From Burkholderiales bacterium (lineage in GTDB: Bacteria; Pseudomonadota; Gammaproteobacteria; Burkholderiales; Casimicrobiaceae), in the NCBI GenBank assembly GCA_025925475.1, contig JAICLP010000001.1:1-46866 (forward strand): a stretch of 46,866 nucleotides of DNA, read 5' to 3'. Numbering within the stretch: position 1 is the stretch's first letter; each line of letters opens with the position of its first letter. Under the pieces are notes generated by a model that made no database searches, was not told the origin of the DNA, and saw nothing but the letters and a program-made list of their open reading frames with translations. The translations under genes were made by a program, and so were the position numbers. Of the stretch, positions 26,958 to 37,266 are shown one piece after another.

Positions 26958-28349
26958 ATGTCATCGACGCGCTCCGACGCGTTCGTATTGTTCGGCGCCA
27001 CCGGCGATCTCGCCTACAAGAAGATCTTTCCGGCGCTGCAGGCGATGATCGGCGCGGGCGATCTCGACGTGCCGATCATCGGCATCGCGCGGGGCGCGGG
27101 CACCCTCGACACGTTGCGCGAGCGTGCGCGCGAGAGCCTCGCGCACAACGGCGGCATCGACGAGGCGGCGTTCGCCAGGCTCGCGTCGCAGCTGCGTTTC
27201 GTGAACGGCGATTACCGCGACGCGGGCACCTACCAGCGCCTTCGCGCAGCCCTCGGTTCGTCGTCGCGGCCGCTGCACTACCTGGCCATCCCGCCGAGCA
27301 TGTTCGCCCCGGTCGCGCAGGGCCTCGCACAGTCGGGCTGTGCGCGCAACGCGCGTGTCGTCGTCGAGAAGCCGTTCGGCCGCGACCTCGCATCGGCGCT
27401 CGCGCTCAACGCGACGCTGCACGAGGTGTTCCCCGAATCGGCGATCTATCGGATCGATCACTATCTCGGCAAGGAAGCCGTCCAGAACCTGCTGTACTTC
27501 CGCTTCGCCAATTCGCTGCTCGATCCGCTCTGGAATCGCAACTACGTCGAGAGCGTGCAGATCACGATGGCCGAGAGCTTCGACGTGCAGGGCCGCGGCA
27601 GCTTCTACGAGGAAGTGGGTGCCATACGCGACGTCGTGCAGAACCATTTGCTGCAGGTGATCGCGCTGCTCGCGATGGATGCGCCCGCGGCGCGCGACGC
27701 CGAGACGGTGCTCGCCGACAAGCTGCGGCTGTTTCGCGCGATGCGTCCGCTCGACCCGGCGCATGTCGTGCGCGGCCAGTACCGCCGCTATCGCGAGGAA
27801 CGCGGCGTTGCCGCCGATTCGCAGGTCGAAACGTTCGTCGCATTGCGTTTGTACATCGATACCTGGCGCTGGGCGGGCGTCCCGTTCTACATCCGCGCCG
27901 GAAAGTGCCTCCCGATCACCGCCACCGAGGTGATCGTGGATCTCAAGCGCCCGCCGTTGACGATCTTCGATCCGGTGCCGCCGTCGATGTCGAATTATTT
28001 TCGCTTCCGCCTGAGCCCCGAGGTGCTGATCTCGGCCGGCGTTCGCGTGAAAGTCGCCGGGGAAGCGATGCGCGGTGAGCCGGTCGAACTCGTCGCGCGG
28101 CATGAGCCGACCGGCGAGCGGTCGCCGTATGCGCGACTGCTCACGGCGGCCATGCGTGGCGACGCGTCCCTCTTCACCCACGACTCGGCGGTCGAAGCGG
28201 CGTGGCGCGTCGTCGATCCGGTGCTCGACGGCAAGACGCGAGTGCAACTCTACGAGTGCGGCACGTGGGGGCCCGCGGACGCGAAGCTCGTGCTGGTCGG
28301 CGAGGTAGGGTGGCACGACCCGGTCGCGGAGACGAGCCGGCCCTGCTGA
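26958..28349 (+). CDS. zwf: Glucose-6-phosphate 1-dehydrogenase
   Basis: [45 protein letters not shown]; RBS GGAGGAG before ATG at 26958. Confidence 0.97.
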   Translation: MSSTRSDAFVLFGATGDLAYKKIFPALQAMIGAGDLDVPIIGIARGAGTLDTLRERARESLAHNGGIDEAAFARLASQLRFVNGDYRDAGTYQRLRAALGSSSRPLHYLAIPPSMFAPVAQGLAQSGCARNARVVVEKPFGRDLASALALNATLHEVFPESAIYRIDHYLGKEAVQNLLYFRFANSLLDPLWNRNYVESVQITMAESFDVQGRGSFYEEVGAIRDVVQNHLLQVIALLAMDAPAARDAETVLADKLRLFRAMRPLDPAHVVRGQYRRYREERGVAADSQVETFVALRLYIDTWRWAGVPFYIRAGKCLPITATEVIVDLKRPPLTIFDPVPPSMSNYFRFRLSPEVLISAGVRVKVAGEAMRGEPVELVARHEPTGERSPYARLLTAAMRGDASLFTHDSAVEAAWRVVDPVLDGKTRVQLYECGTWGPADAKLVLVGEVGWHDPVAETSRPC

Positions 28350-28359
28350 TCGCCGGGCG

Positions 28360-29889
28360 CTACGCCGACTCTCGCTCCATCGTCAATTCGGCGAGCAGGC
28401 TTTCGCGGTCACGGTAGATCGATGCGACGGCGAGCGCGCGTCCCCCGCTCACGTAGCGGACGACGCAATCGCGCGATCCGATGTCGCCGTCGACCTCGAT
28501 GGCATCGAACCGCTCCGCGTGTCCGACGTAGTTGATCGGAACGTCGTAGTGCTGGCTCCAGAAGAACGGAACGGCATCGAACCGCTGCCCGGCGCCGAGC
28601 ATGTTGAGCGCCGCTACCTGCCCATGGCGCTGTGCGACCACCCAGTGCTCGACGCGGATCGCCGCGCCGCTGTGCCGATCGGGCCAGCGCGCGATGTCGC
28701 CGGCCGCGAATACGTTCGCATCGTTCGTCTGCAGGTATTCGTCGACGCTGACGCCGCGATCGATCGCGAGACCCGCATGCTGCGCGAGGTCGAGCCGCGG
28801 CCGAACGCCGACACCGACGACGACGAGGTCCGCGTGAAGCGTCGGTCCGCTTGCGAGCGTCACCGCGTCGCGCTGGATCGCGCTCGCGGTGTCCTGCAGA
28901 TGAAACACCACGCCGTGCTCCTCGTGCAGCGCGCGCACGAAGTCGCCGATCTGCCGACCGAGCACGCGTTCCATCGGGCGCTCGTCGGGCGCGACGACGT
29001 GCACTTCGATGCCACGCGCTCGCAGCGACGCGGCAACCTCGAGGCCGATGAAGCTCGCGCCCATCACGACGGCCGTACGCGCGTTCGCGCTTTGCGCGAT
29101 GATCGCGCGCGAATCGGCGAGCGTGCGCAGCGTGTGCACGTGCGGAAGGTCCATGCCCGGCAGCGGCAGGCGAACCGGTGCAGCGCCGGTCGCGAGAAGC
29201 AGGCGCTCGTACGCGATGCGGTCGCCACCGTCGGTCACCACCTCACGCCGCGCGCGGTCGATCGCCGCGACTTCGCACGCGAGCCGCAGGTCGATCTTCT
29301 GATCCGCGTAGAAGCCGTCGTCGCGAAGCGGCACCCATTCCTCGGGCGCGGTGCCCGCGAGGTAGTCCTTGGAAAGATTCGGCCGGTCGACCGGCGGCGC
29401 CTTGTCGTCGCTCAACATCACGATGCCGCCTTCATACCGTTGACGGCGCAGCATCTCGGCAGCCGCGAATCCCGCTGCACCGCCGCCGACGATGACGATG
29501 CGCTGTGGGTGATCGCGGTTGGGGACAACGCGAGGCTTGGGCGGGCGATCCTCTTTCGCGCGCACGAAGACTTTCCCCTCCCGCTGTTCGGTCGTCCAGC
29601 ACGCGACAGGCGCGAGCGCGGGCGCGTGCAGCGCCTCGCCAGTCCGCAAGCTGAAGCAGGCGTGATGCCATGGACAGCGAACCGTGCCATCGACGAGCAG
29701 CCCTTCGGCGAGCGGGCCGTTGTAATGCGAGCAGGTCGCACCGATCGCGAAGAATTCATCGCCTTGACGCGCGAGCAGGACGGCGTCGTCGCCTACGTGA
29801 CCCGCGAGCATCGTGCCGGAGGCGATCGTATCGATCGGGACGCCGAGCGCGAGGTCGGGGCCGGCAGGAGGAGATTGGGATTCGCTCAT
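28360..29889 (-). CDS. Rieske [2Fe-2S] plus FAD-dependent pyridine nucleotide-disulfide oxidoreductase fusion (AIF-like)
   Basis: CSHY...CPWH Rieske motif, GGGAAG, DRPNLSKDYL, GASFIGLE, AAGDIA, VPFFWSQHY. Confidence 0.92.
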   Translation of the reverse strand: MSESQSPPAGPDLALGVPIDTIASGTMLAGHVGDDAVLLARQGDEFFAIGATCSHYNGPLAEGLLVDGTVRCPWHHACFSLRTGEALHAPALAPVACWTTEQREGKVFVRAKEDRPPKPRVVPNRDHPQRIVIVGGGAAGFAAAEMLRRQRYEGGIVMLSDDKAPPVDRPNLSKDYLAGTAPEEWVPLRDDGFYADQKIDLRLACEVAAIDRARREVVTDGGDRIAYERLLLATGAAPVRLPLPGMDLPHVHTLRTLADSRAIIAQSANARTAVVMGASFIGLEVAASLRARGIEVHVVAPDERPMERVLGRQIGDFVRALHEEHGVVFHLQDTASAIQRDAVTLASGPTLHADLVVVGVGVRPRLDLAQHAGLAIDRGVSVDEYLQTNDANVFAAGDIARWPDRHSGAAIRVEHWVVAQRHGQVAALNMLGAGQRFDAVPFFWSQHYDVPINYVGHAERFDAIEVDGDIGSRDCVVRYVSGGRALAVASIYRDRESLLAELTMERESA

Positions 29890-30048
29890 GGCAAAAACTC
29901 CATGCAAGACGTGAATGCGTCGTTCCCATCGTAACGCTTGCAGCTGCGACGCGCTCGTCGGTTAGCCACTGATCGCGATCAGCCGCGCCCGCCAGCCGTG
30001 GTAGAAACGCGTTCCGGCGAACCTCGATGCTCGCATGAAGGCCTGTCC

Positions 30049-31272
30049 TTGGACAACGTAACCCATACGCTCATCGGCGTACTGCTCGGCGAAACCGCTG
30101 CGCGACATGCGCCGCCGGCGAAGAACGTCCGATACGCGAGCATCCGCCGTGGCCTGTTTCTGTCGGTGATGGTGGCCGGAAGCAACCTTCCCGACAGCGA
30201 CCTGCTGTATGCGCTTGGGTCCAACGACAAGCTTCGCTATCTGCTCGAGCATCGCGGACACACGCACACGGTCATCGGCGCGCTGTTCGAAAGCGCCGTC
30301 GTGCTCGCGGCTTGCTCGCTCTGGCTGCGCTGGCGTCGCGCAACGCTGGAGAGCCGGGACCGCGCCTGGCTCGTCGCACTCGCCGTGCTGGCACCGCTGC
30401 TGCACATCGGCATGGATGCGTTCAACACGTACGGCGTGCATCCGTGGTGGCCGTTCGACAATCGCTGGTTCTACGGCGATTCGGTATTCATCGTCGAGCC
30501 GCTGTTCTGGGCGGCTGCCGCGCCGCTCGCGCTTCTGTTGCGCAGCTACGTCGCGCGTGGCCTGGTCGTCCTGGTATTGCTCGGCGGACTCTACCTCGCG
30601 TTCACCACCGGCCTCGTCACTCGATATTCGATCGTCGTCTATTGCGCGCTCGTCGTGCTCATGCTCGCCATCGGCTGGAAGGCGCCGCCGCGAGCGGCAC
30701 TCCTCGCCTCGATCGGTGTGTGGCTCGCAACGACGGCGACCTTCACGATCGCGGGGCGACAGGTCGCGTCGGACCTCGACGCTTACGCAGCGCAGAACTC
30801 GCCGCAATGGACGACGCTCGATCGCGTTCTTTCACCGATGCCGATGAATCCGCTGTGCTGGGAGGTGATCCTGGTGCAGGCCGACGGGGACCGGTACGCG
30901 CTCCGTCGCGGCATCGCATCGCCGGCGCCGTCGACACAGTGTCCGACGCGCAGCGTTCCGCGCGCAATTACCGCGCCGTTGACGGCTGTGGCGCTGCCCG
31001 ATACGCCATTCGTGCACTGGCATGGCGAAGTGATCGGATCGCGCGACGAACTGCGCACGCTTGCCGCAACATCGTGCGAGGTTGCGGCGTTCCTCCGCTT
31101 CGCGCGCACGCCGTGGCAGATCGTCGAAAGCGCGCGGAAGGTGATCGGCGACCTGCGTTACGATCGCGAGCCCGGGCTCGGCTTTGCCGAGCTCGATCTC
31201 GATCGTTCATCGAGGTGCCCCGCTTACGTTCCGCCGTGGATTCCGCCGCGGCGCGATCTGCTCGGACGTTGA
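30049..31272 (+). CDS. YdjM-like inner-membrane metal-dependent hydrolase
   Basis: (M)DNVTHTL, SNLPDSD, HRGHTHT, HIGMDAFNTYG, DLRY; TTG start at 30049. Confidence 0.85.
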   Translation: MDNVTHTLIGVLLGETAARHAPPAKNVRYASIRRGLFLSVMVAGSNLPDSDLLYALGSNDKLRYLLEHRGHTHTVIGALFESAVVLAACSLWLRWRRATLESRDRAWLVALAVLAPLLHIGMDAFNTYGVHPWWPFDNRWFYGDSVFIVEPLFWAAAAPLALLLRSYVARGLVVLVLLGGLYLAFTTGLVTRYSIVVYCALVVLMLAIGWKAPPRAALLASIGVWLATTATFTIAGRQVASDLDAYAAQNSPQWTTLDRVLSPMPMNPLCWEVILVQADGDRYALRRGIASPAPSTQCPTRSVPRAITAPLTAVALPDTPFVHWHGEVIGSRDELRTLAATSCEVAAFLRFARTPWQIVESARKVIGDLRYDREPGLGFAELDLDRSSRCPAYVPPWIPPRRDLLGR

Positions 31273-31300
31273 ACCGGCATATTCGCCAATTGGTCATCGC

Positions 31301-32200
31301 TCATGGCGCGTCGAGGATCCGGCTCAACGCGCGCGCGTTGCGCTGCCCCTGATCCTGGTAGTTGTTGTTGAACAGCACGTGCGTCGTTTCGGCCTTCGGC
31401 GCGAAATGCTGGATGTCCTGTGCGAGGGTTCCGAGCTCGTCTTCCGAGTAGTCGTAGTCGAAACGTTGCGCCGACGACTGCAGACCTTTCCGATTCCACG
31501 TCCCGTGGTTGCGCCCATGAAGCCTGACGATCGCGAGCGCCGGATTGGTTACCTCCCACACGGCCGGGATCGTGTTCACGATGCCCTGCGGCTCGTCCAC
31601 GACGACGTTGACGAAGCCGTTCTCCCGCTCGAACCTCAGCGTACGGGTCGCGTGCCTGTCGCTGTCGAACCATGTCTTGTTGCGAAACTCGATGGCGACC
31701 GTGAAGCCGGCGAGCATCGCGCGGCAATGCAGCAGGTAGTCGAACGTTTCCGGGTGCAGCGCGACCCATGGCGCGAACTGCATGTGCACCGCACCGAGCT
31801 TGCCCGACGCCCTCAGCACCTCGAGGACCGCGCGAAACTGGCGCCATAGCTCCATCGCGACTTCTGCCGGCACGTCCTTCTCGTAGACGGTCTTCTTCGT
31901 CGTTTGGAGCGCCTGGCCGATCTCCCGTCCCATGCTCGCAATGGGCGTCTGGTGGCGCGTGAACAGCCGATAGGCCTTGATGTTGAAGACGAATCCGGGT
32001 GGCGTGCGCTCGACCCAGCGCTGCGCATTCTCGATGCTCGGAATGCCGTAGTAGCTGGCGTCGATCTCGACGATCGGGAATTGCGACGCGTAGAAGCGCA
32101 GGCGTTCTTCCGGCGTGCTGACCGATGCGGGGTAGAAGCGTCCGCAGTCGATCAGCGTCTTGTCGGTCCAGGAGGAGGTGCCGACGAGGACGTTACCCAC
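31301..32200 (-). CDS. DUF72 (YecE-like) protein
   Basis: VGTSSW, LRFYASQFPIVEIDASYY, FNIKA, IEFR..W, VRLHGRN, YDYSEDEL, FNN. Confidence 0.9.
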   Translation of the reverse strand: MGNVLVGTSSWTDKTLIDCGRFYPASVSTPEERLRFYASQFPIVEIDASYYGIPSIENAQRWVERTPPGFVFNIKAYRLFTRHQTPIASMGREIGQALQTTKKTVYEKDVPAEVAMELWRQFRAVLEVLRASGKLGAVHMQFAPWVALHPETFDYLLHCRAMLAGFTVAIEFRNKTWFDSDRHATRTLRFERENGFVNVVVDEPQGIVNTIPAVWEVTNPALAIVRLHGRNHGTWNRKGLQSSAQRFDYDYSEDELGTLAQDIQHFAPKAETTHVLFNNNYQDQGQRNARALSRILDAP

Positions 32201-32262
32201 GATTGTCCATTCTCATGCGCTCGCGGCAACGATTGGCGCCGCATGGCGTCTCGGTGACTTCG

Positions 32263-33885
32263 TCACTGCGCGGTGTCGTCATGCGAGAACGAGCCATGGC
32301 GCCAGCGCAATCTCAACGCGCCATCCTGCATCGCGGGCGTCGGAAGAACCGGAAAATAAGCGAGCGCCAGATGTCCGATTCGTCGGGCAGGCAGTGCCTC
32401 GCCCGCAGCGCCGCTTCGCGATGGAATGACGCGCGCAAACGCTTCGGCGTCAGGCGGAGGCAGCAAGTACACGAAGGTCCCGTAATTGTCGGTAATGAGA
32501 CAGCGTGAGACGGCCGACACCTCGGGCGAAAGCGCCTTGACGACCTCGTCCATCGAAACGTAAACGTCCCACTCGGGAGGTGGCTCGATACCCTGGAAGG
32601 CGATCTTGCAGCGGTCCGCCGGGAGGCGTGATGCCGCGACCGCGGCCGTCGCCTCGCGGGCGAGTGCGCCGATCTCGATGGACCTCGCGCGATATCCGTC
32701 GACGGCGTGCCAGCCGGCAACGACGGCGACGGCACACATTGCGCACGATGTCGCCAGCAGCGCGCGTCGGGCCGCGTTGCGCGGGATGCTCCAGATGCGG
32801 TCGAGTGCCACGGCGGCCACGATCGCGATTCCGGCGGCCGTGACGTAGTACAACCGCGCCTGCATCGCGAACTCGACCCACGACATGTCGCGGGTCAGCG
32901 GCAGCGTATTCTGCGCGGCAACCGGCGCCTGCAGAATGCCGGGGCCGACAATCAGGACGCAGGCCGCACCGAGCATCGCCCACGGTGCCGCGCCCTTCCT
33001 GTCGGCCACACGATTGAAGTACCGCGCGAGCACGATCGCCAAGCTGACGAGCGCAACGAATGAGGTCTTCGCGGCCATGCTCAGTTTCGGCCAGATCGAC
33101 GCGTATGCACCGAATTGCGCGAGCCATTTGCCAAGTCCCTTGGCCAAAACGGTCGTCAGCGGGATCTCGCCCAGCGTATTGCTGAGGAAGGTCCCGAGTA
33201 TCCACGCTCGCCAAACGAGGAAGACGAGCGCGACGCCGACGAGCGCTGCAACGAGCATGTAGCGGCGATCGCGGCGCTCGGAAGAAAACCACCCGATGAT
33301 CGCCAGCGCCGCAACAGCGATGAGGCCCGTCTCCTTCGACAGCATCGCCGCAAGCGCAAGCGCCATGCTGAGCGCGACACGTCTGCGGAAGGGCCACCGA
33401 CCCAGCGATGCAACCAGCATGGCGGCGAGGGTGAAGAGAAGGGCGAGATGACCGCCACGGTCGGCATACCACGCCGCCGTCGTCACGACGGCGGGATGAA
33501 CGCCGAACAGCAGCGCGGCGACCAGCGACGGACCGATCGCCGCCACCTGGCGAATCAGGGCGTACAGCAGGATCGAAACGGCCAGGTGAATGACGCCTTC
33601 GACCCATGCCTGTGCCATGTGTCCGGCGCCGAACATCGCCTGCGTGGCCCAGTACGCGAAATAGGCCAATGGACGAAAGTGGGAGCCCGGCGCGTGGAAA
33701 TGGTCGGTAATGAACAGCGCCCATGGATTGCCGACCATGCGCGCGACGGCGAGGTTCCAGTATTCGTCGCGAATCCAGTCGGCCGACACGGCCGGCCAGT
33801 ACGCGATCGCGACGCTCGGAACGAGAACGAGAAGGGGTAGTGCGTCGATCGTGCGGCGCTTCGTGTTCGCGAATGCTTGATGCAT
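32263..33885 (-). CDS. Polytopic membrane protein, GT-C glycosyltransferase-like
   Basis: N-terminal DE pair (IRDEY), FRPL, FGVHP, LSKE and many transmembrane segments. Confidence 0.6.
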   Translation of the reverse strand: MHQAFANTKRRTIDALPLLVLVPSVAIAYWPAVSADWIRDEYWNLAVARMVGNPWALFITDHFHAPGSHFRPLAYFAYWATQAMFGAGHMAQAWVEGVIHLAVSILLYALIRQVAAIGPSLVAALLFGVHPAVVTTAAWYADRGGHLALLFTLAAMLVASLGRWPFRRRVALSMALALAAMLSKETGLIAVAALAIIGWFSSERRDRRYMLVAALVGVALVFLVWRAWILGTFLSNTLGEIPLTTVLAKGLGKWLAQFGAYASIWPKLSMAAKTSFVALVSLAIVLARYFNRVADRKGAAPWAMLGAACVLIVGPGILQAPVAAQNTLPLTRDMSWVEFAMQARLYYVTAAGIAIVAAVALDRIWSIPRNAARRALLATSCAMCAVAVVAGWHAVDGYRARSIEIGALAREATAAVAASRLPADRCKIAFQGIEPPPEWDVYVSMDEVVKALSPEVSAVSRCLITDNYGTFVYLLPPPDAEAFARVIPSRSGAAGEALPARRIGHLALAYFPVLPTPAMQDGALRLRWRHGSFSHDDTAQ

Positions 33886-33954
33886 CCGTCAAGCGTACCG
33901 GAACGCGCGGCCCGCGCGGCGCCACGGGCCCACGTGAAGCGGCCCCCGACGCCA

Positions 33955-35016
33955 TCAATCCGATGGCCGTTCGCCCGTCCACGCGCTGACCAGCAGGCTG
34001 CGCAGCGCCTCGCGCTCGAGCGGTCGAGGATTGGGATAAGGGCTCGCGAGCGCGAGGTCCACGGCGCGGTCGATCTGATCCTCGCGCAAGCCGATCTCCC
34101 GTAATGAAAGCGCCGCGCCGCTTTCGGATGCGAGATCGTAAAGACCCGACGCGGCCGACGGGCGGCCGATCGCGCGTGCAATCGCCCTCATCGCTTCCGT
34201 CGCACACGACGCGTTGCAGGCGAGCGTATGCGGCAACAGGCAGCTGTGCGTTTCCGCGTGCGGCAGGCCGAACGCGCCTCCGATCGCATGGCAAAGCTTG
34301 TGATGCAACGCCATGGCGACGCTTCCGAGGACGGTGCCGCACAGCCACGCTCCGTAAAGGCAATCACTGCGCGCATCGCGATCCTGCGAATGCACCGCGA
34401 TTTTCGGCATCGCCGCGGCAATCGCTCGAATGCCTTCGACCGCCATAAGATCGGTGACCGGGTTGCGATCCGCGGCGTACAGGCCTTCGGCTGCGTGCGC
34501 GATCGCGTTCATCGCGCTCGCGATGCTGAGCAAAGGCGGCAGCTCGAGCGTGAGCGAGGGATCGTAGATGATCGTTTTCGGCAGCACCTTCGCGTCGCGA
34601 CCGGTCCGTTTGATGCCACCTTCGGTCAGTCCGTAGATCGGCGTCGCCTCGGATCCCGCGTACGTCGTCGGAATCGCGACGATCGGCAGCGCAGTCTCGA
34701 GCGCAATCGCCTTGGCGAGGCCTACCGTCGAGCCTCCGCCGATCGCTACGATGCCATCCGCCTCGATCCTGCGTGCCTCGGCCCGGGCTGCAAGCGCGGT
34801 TTCGATCGGCACGTGCATGACCGCTCGATCGAAAATGCCTTTTGCGATCGAGCCGAGCACGCCGGCGACACGTTCCGCATGCGGTCGATGACCGGATGTC
34901 GAGAGAACCATGACGCGCGTGCATCCCAGCCGTTCGATCTCCTCGCCGATGCGTGACAGCGAGTCGTACCCGAAAATCACGCGCGCCGCGTTGGCCGAAT
35001 ACGTGAACGAATGCAT
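33955..35016 (-). CDS. Maleylacetate reductase
   Basis: AVMHVP, GGGSTVGLAKAIAL, PTTYAGSE, NAIAHAAEGLYA, MALHHKLCH..GG..LPHAETH, YPNPR. Confidence 0.93.
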   Translation of the reverse strand: MHSFTYSANAARVIFGYDSLSRIGEEIERLGCTRVMVLSTSGHRPHAERVAGVLGSIAKGIFDRAVMHVPIETALAARAEARRIEADGIVAIGGGSTVGLAKAIALETALPIVAIPTTYAGSEATPIYGLTEGGIKRTGRDAKVLPKTIIYDPSLTLELPPLLSIASAMNAIAHAAEGLYAADRNPVTDLMAVEGIRAIAAAMPKIAVHSQDRDARSDCLYGAWLCGTVLGSVAMALHHKLCHAIGGAFGLPHAETHSCLLPHTLACNASCATEAMRAIARAIGRPSAASGLYDLASESGAALSLREIGLREDQIDRAVDLALASPYPNPRPLEREALRSLLVSAWTGERPSD

Positions 35017-35040
35017 TGGCGACCGAGCTTCCTGAACGAC

Positions 35041-35931
35041 TTAACGGCGCTCGAACAGGGCTCTCGGATTGTCGACGAGCAGCCGGATGCGATCGGCCTC
35101 GCCCGGCGCGAAATGGAATACGAGGTCGGCGAGCGCGACGTCGCGCGGCATCCGGCTCGAATCGAAATAGCCCGAATGCGGCCAGTCGCTACCCCAGAGG
35201 ACGCGCGTCGGCGCGGCGGCGATCAGCGCTCGTGCAAACGGCACGACATCGGTGTACGGCGGCCCGCTGCGGGTGATCCGATCGGCGCCGGAGAGTTTCA
35301 CGTAAACATGATCGTGCAGGACGAGATCGAGCAGCACGCGAAACGGACGCTGCTCGAGGCCGTGCGCAGGATCGATGCGCGCGACGTGATCGATCACCAC
35401 CGGAACGGTCAGCTTCGAAAGACGCGGAACGAGCGCTTCGAGATCCTCGGGCGCCATGTGAAAGTCGATGCACCATCGCAGCTCTTCGGCCCACGCTGCG
35501 AATCGGTCGAGAAGCTCGCCATCCAGCTCCCCGCCGTGCTGCGGGTTGAACGCGAAACGCACGCCGCGCACGCCCGCCGCATCCATTTCGCGCAATTGCG
35601 CGAGCGACAGTTGCCGGCTCGCCTTGATGATGCCGAGGAGCCGGCCATTCGAGCGCTGCAGTGCATCGAGCGTCACCGCATTGTCGTCGCCATGGACGTT
35701 CGGATGGACGCAGACGCCGCGCGAAATGCCGAGCCGCTCCGCCAATGCGACGTAAGCCTCGAACGGCGCCGGCGGCGGCGTGTACTTCCTGTTCGCTGCG
35801 TACGGGAACCGATCGAGCGGCCCGAACACGTGGAAGTGCGTGTCCCAGGTTCCCGAAGGCAGCGCCCGGCGTGGCCGCGATGCGTCGTCGATCGCACCGA
35901 GGCAAGGCTTGGGCTGCGACGCCTCCGTCAT
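35041..35931 (-). CDS. Amidohydrolase-2 lactonase, 4-sulfomuconolactone hydrolase-like
   Basis: WDTHFHVFGP, RKYTPP, RGVCVHPNVHG.DN.VTLDA, GVRFAFNPQHG, WGSDWPHSGYFD..RMP; as I recall them, these blocks fit 4-sulfomuconolactone hydrolases better than LigI. Confidence 0.8.
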   Translation of the reverse strand: MTEASQPKPCLGAIDDASRPRRALPSGTWDTHFHVFGPLDRFPYAANRKYTPPPAPFEAYVALAERLGISRGVCVHPNVHGDDNAVTLDALQRSNGRLLGIIKASRQLSLAQLREMDAAGVRGVRFAFNPQHGGELDGELLDRFAAWAEELRWCIDFHMAPEDLEALVPRLSKLTVPVVIDHVARIDPAHGLEQRPFRVLLDLVLHDHVYVKLSGADRITRSGPPYTDVVPFARALIAAAPTRVLWGSDWPHSGYFDSSRMPRDVALADLVFHFAPGEADRIRLLVDNPRALFERR

Positions 35932-35946
35932 TCGCGGCTCGTCGAC

Positions 35947-36555
35947 CTACACATCGAGAAAGACCGTTTCGTCGGCGCCCTGAAGGCGGATCGTGAACGC
36001 GTATCGCTGTCCGGCCGCATCGATTTTCTCGGCCATCATCGAGGTGCGGCGCTCGGCCGCAACCGACGACAACACGCTATCGCCGCCGTTCGCGTTCTCG
36101 TCCGGAAAGTAGATGCGTGTATAGAGCCGGCGGTTGATGCCCTTGCCGAAAATGCCGAGCGCGATGTGCGGCGCATGCGCTCGCCTGTCGAGGTCGACGA
36201 CCTGTCCCGGCTTGACGGTTTCGATCGTGAAGCGCCCCTGGTCGTCGCAGGTGGCGCGGCCGAATCCGGTGAACGACGATGCCGCGAACCCACGATGGAA
36301 GCCCGCGTAGCGTCCCTCTCCATCGGCCTGCCAGACCTCGATCAGGGCGTCCGGCACCGGCGCATGGTTGCCGTCGAGCACGCGGCCCTCGATCGTGATC
36401 CGTATGCCGACGGCGTCGGACGTGGCCAGACGCGCCGACCCGATGCCCGGACGATCTCGTGGCGCAAGACAAAAGGAGAAAAAGGGACCGACCGTCTGCG
36501 ATGGCGTAATCACGAACGGTTCCGACCGCGTTTCAGGCTTCACACAGGTGCTCAC
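35947..36555 (-). CDS. pcaG: Protocatechuate 3,4-dioxygenase alpha subunit
   Basis: TPSQTVGPFF, GRVLDG..PVPDALIEVWQAD..G.Y, APHI, TRIYF, IRLQG..ETVFLDV; GTG at 36555 overlaps the pcaH stop (alternative start 36543). Confidence 0.92.
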   Translation of the reverse strand: MSTCVKPETRSEPFVITPSQTVGPFFSFCLAPRDRPGIGSARLATSDAVGIRITIEGRVLDGNHAPVPDALIEVWQADGEGRYAGFHRGFAASSFTGFGRATCDDQGRFTIETVKPGQVVDLDRRAHAPHIALGIFGKGINRRLYTRIYFPDENANGGDSVLSSVAAERRTSMMAEKIDAAGQRYAFTIRLQGADETVFLDV

Positions 36556-37259
36556 GGTGTTCCAACGCGCCGCCCGCGGAGAACGATGTCGAAGCGGTAT
36601 GCGACCGCCCATTCGGAACGCGTTGCGGCGCGGTCGAGAGACGCGATCATCATCTGACGCGAATGCGGCGGCGCCGTGTTGAGGATCGTGTCGAACGGCA
36701 GCAGCGGGTCGCCCGGGAAATACATTTGCGTCACGAGCCGCGACAGGAACGATGGCCCGAACAGCGACAGATGAATGTGCGAAGGACGCCAGACGTTGTC
36801 GAGGCCGCCGACGGGATAGGCACCGGGCTTGATCGTGACGAAACGATAATGCCCCGCCGCATCCGTCAGCACTCGGCCACGCCCGGTGAAATTCGGGTCG
36901 AGCGGCGCATCGTGGCAATCGACCGCGTGCGCATATCGCCCGGCGGCGTTCGCCTGCCAGATCTCGATCAGCGTGCGCGGGATGCCCCGGCCGTCCTCGT
37001 CGACGACCCGGCCGCACACGATGATGCGCTCGCCAATCGGACCGCGGTCGTGCTGACGCGTGAGATCGTCGTCGCACGCATCCAGCACTTCCGGACCGAA
37101 GGACGGCCCGGTCAACTCGGTCAGCGTTGGCGCAACCGCGTGAAGCGGTCGAAGCGGCGCACGCTTGTGCGTGAAGAGATAGTTGTCGGAGTACGCGGCC
37201 GGATGCGCGGCAAGGCTTTCCCGGCCGTACTCGAACAACGTCGGCGCCGCCTCGTCCAT
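36552..37259 (-). CDS. pcaH: Protocatechuate 3,4-dioxygenase beta subunit (type II-like)
   Basis: GERIIVCGRV, EIWQANAAGRY.H, DPNF.G.GR, KPGAYPV, WRPSHIH, TQMYFPGDP, YRFDIVLRG. Confidence 0.93.
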   Translation of the reverse strand: MDEAAPTLFEYGRESLAAHPAAYSDNYLFTHKRAPLRPLHAVAPTLTELTGPSFGPEVLDACDDDLTRQHDRGPIGERIIVCGRVVDEDGRGIPRTLIEIWQANAAGRYAHAVDCHDAPLDPNFTGRGRVLTDAAGHYRFVTIKPGAYPVGGLDNVWRPSHIHLSLFGPSFLSRLVTQMYFPGDPLLPFDTILNTAPPHSRQMMIASLDRAATRSEWAVAYRFDIVLRGRRVGTP

Positions 37260-37266
37260 CGACCGA

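Noticed and set aside
28360-29889. Rieske-FAD reductase as the missing electron donor for the oxygenase at 38333
   Set aside because: It is about 8 kb away among unrelated genes and belongs to a widespread stand-alone family; phthalate-family oxygenases normally use FNR-type reductases.
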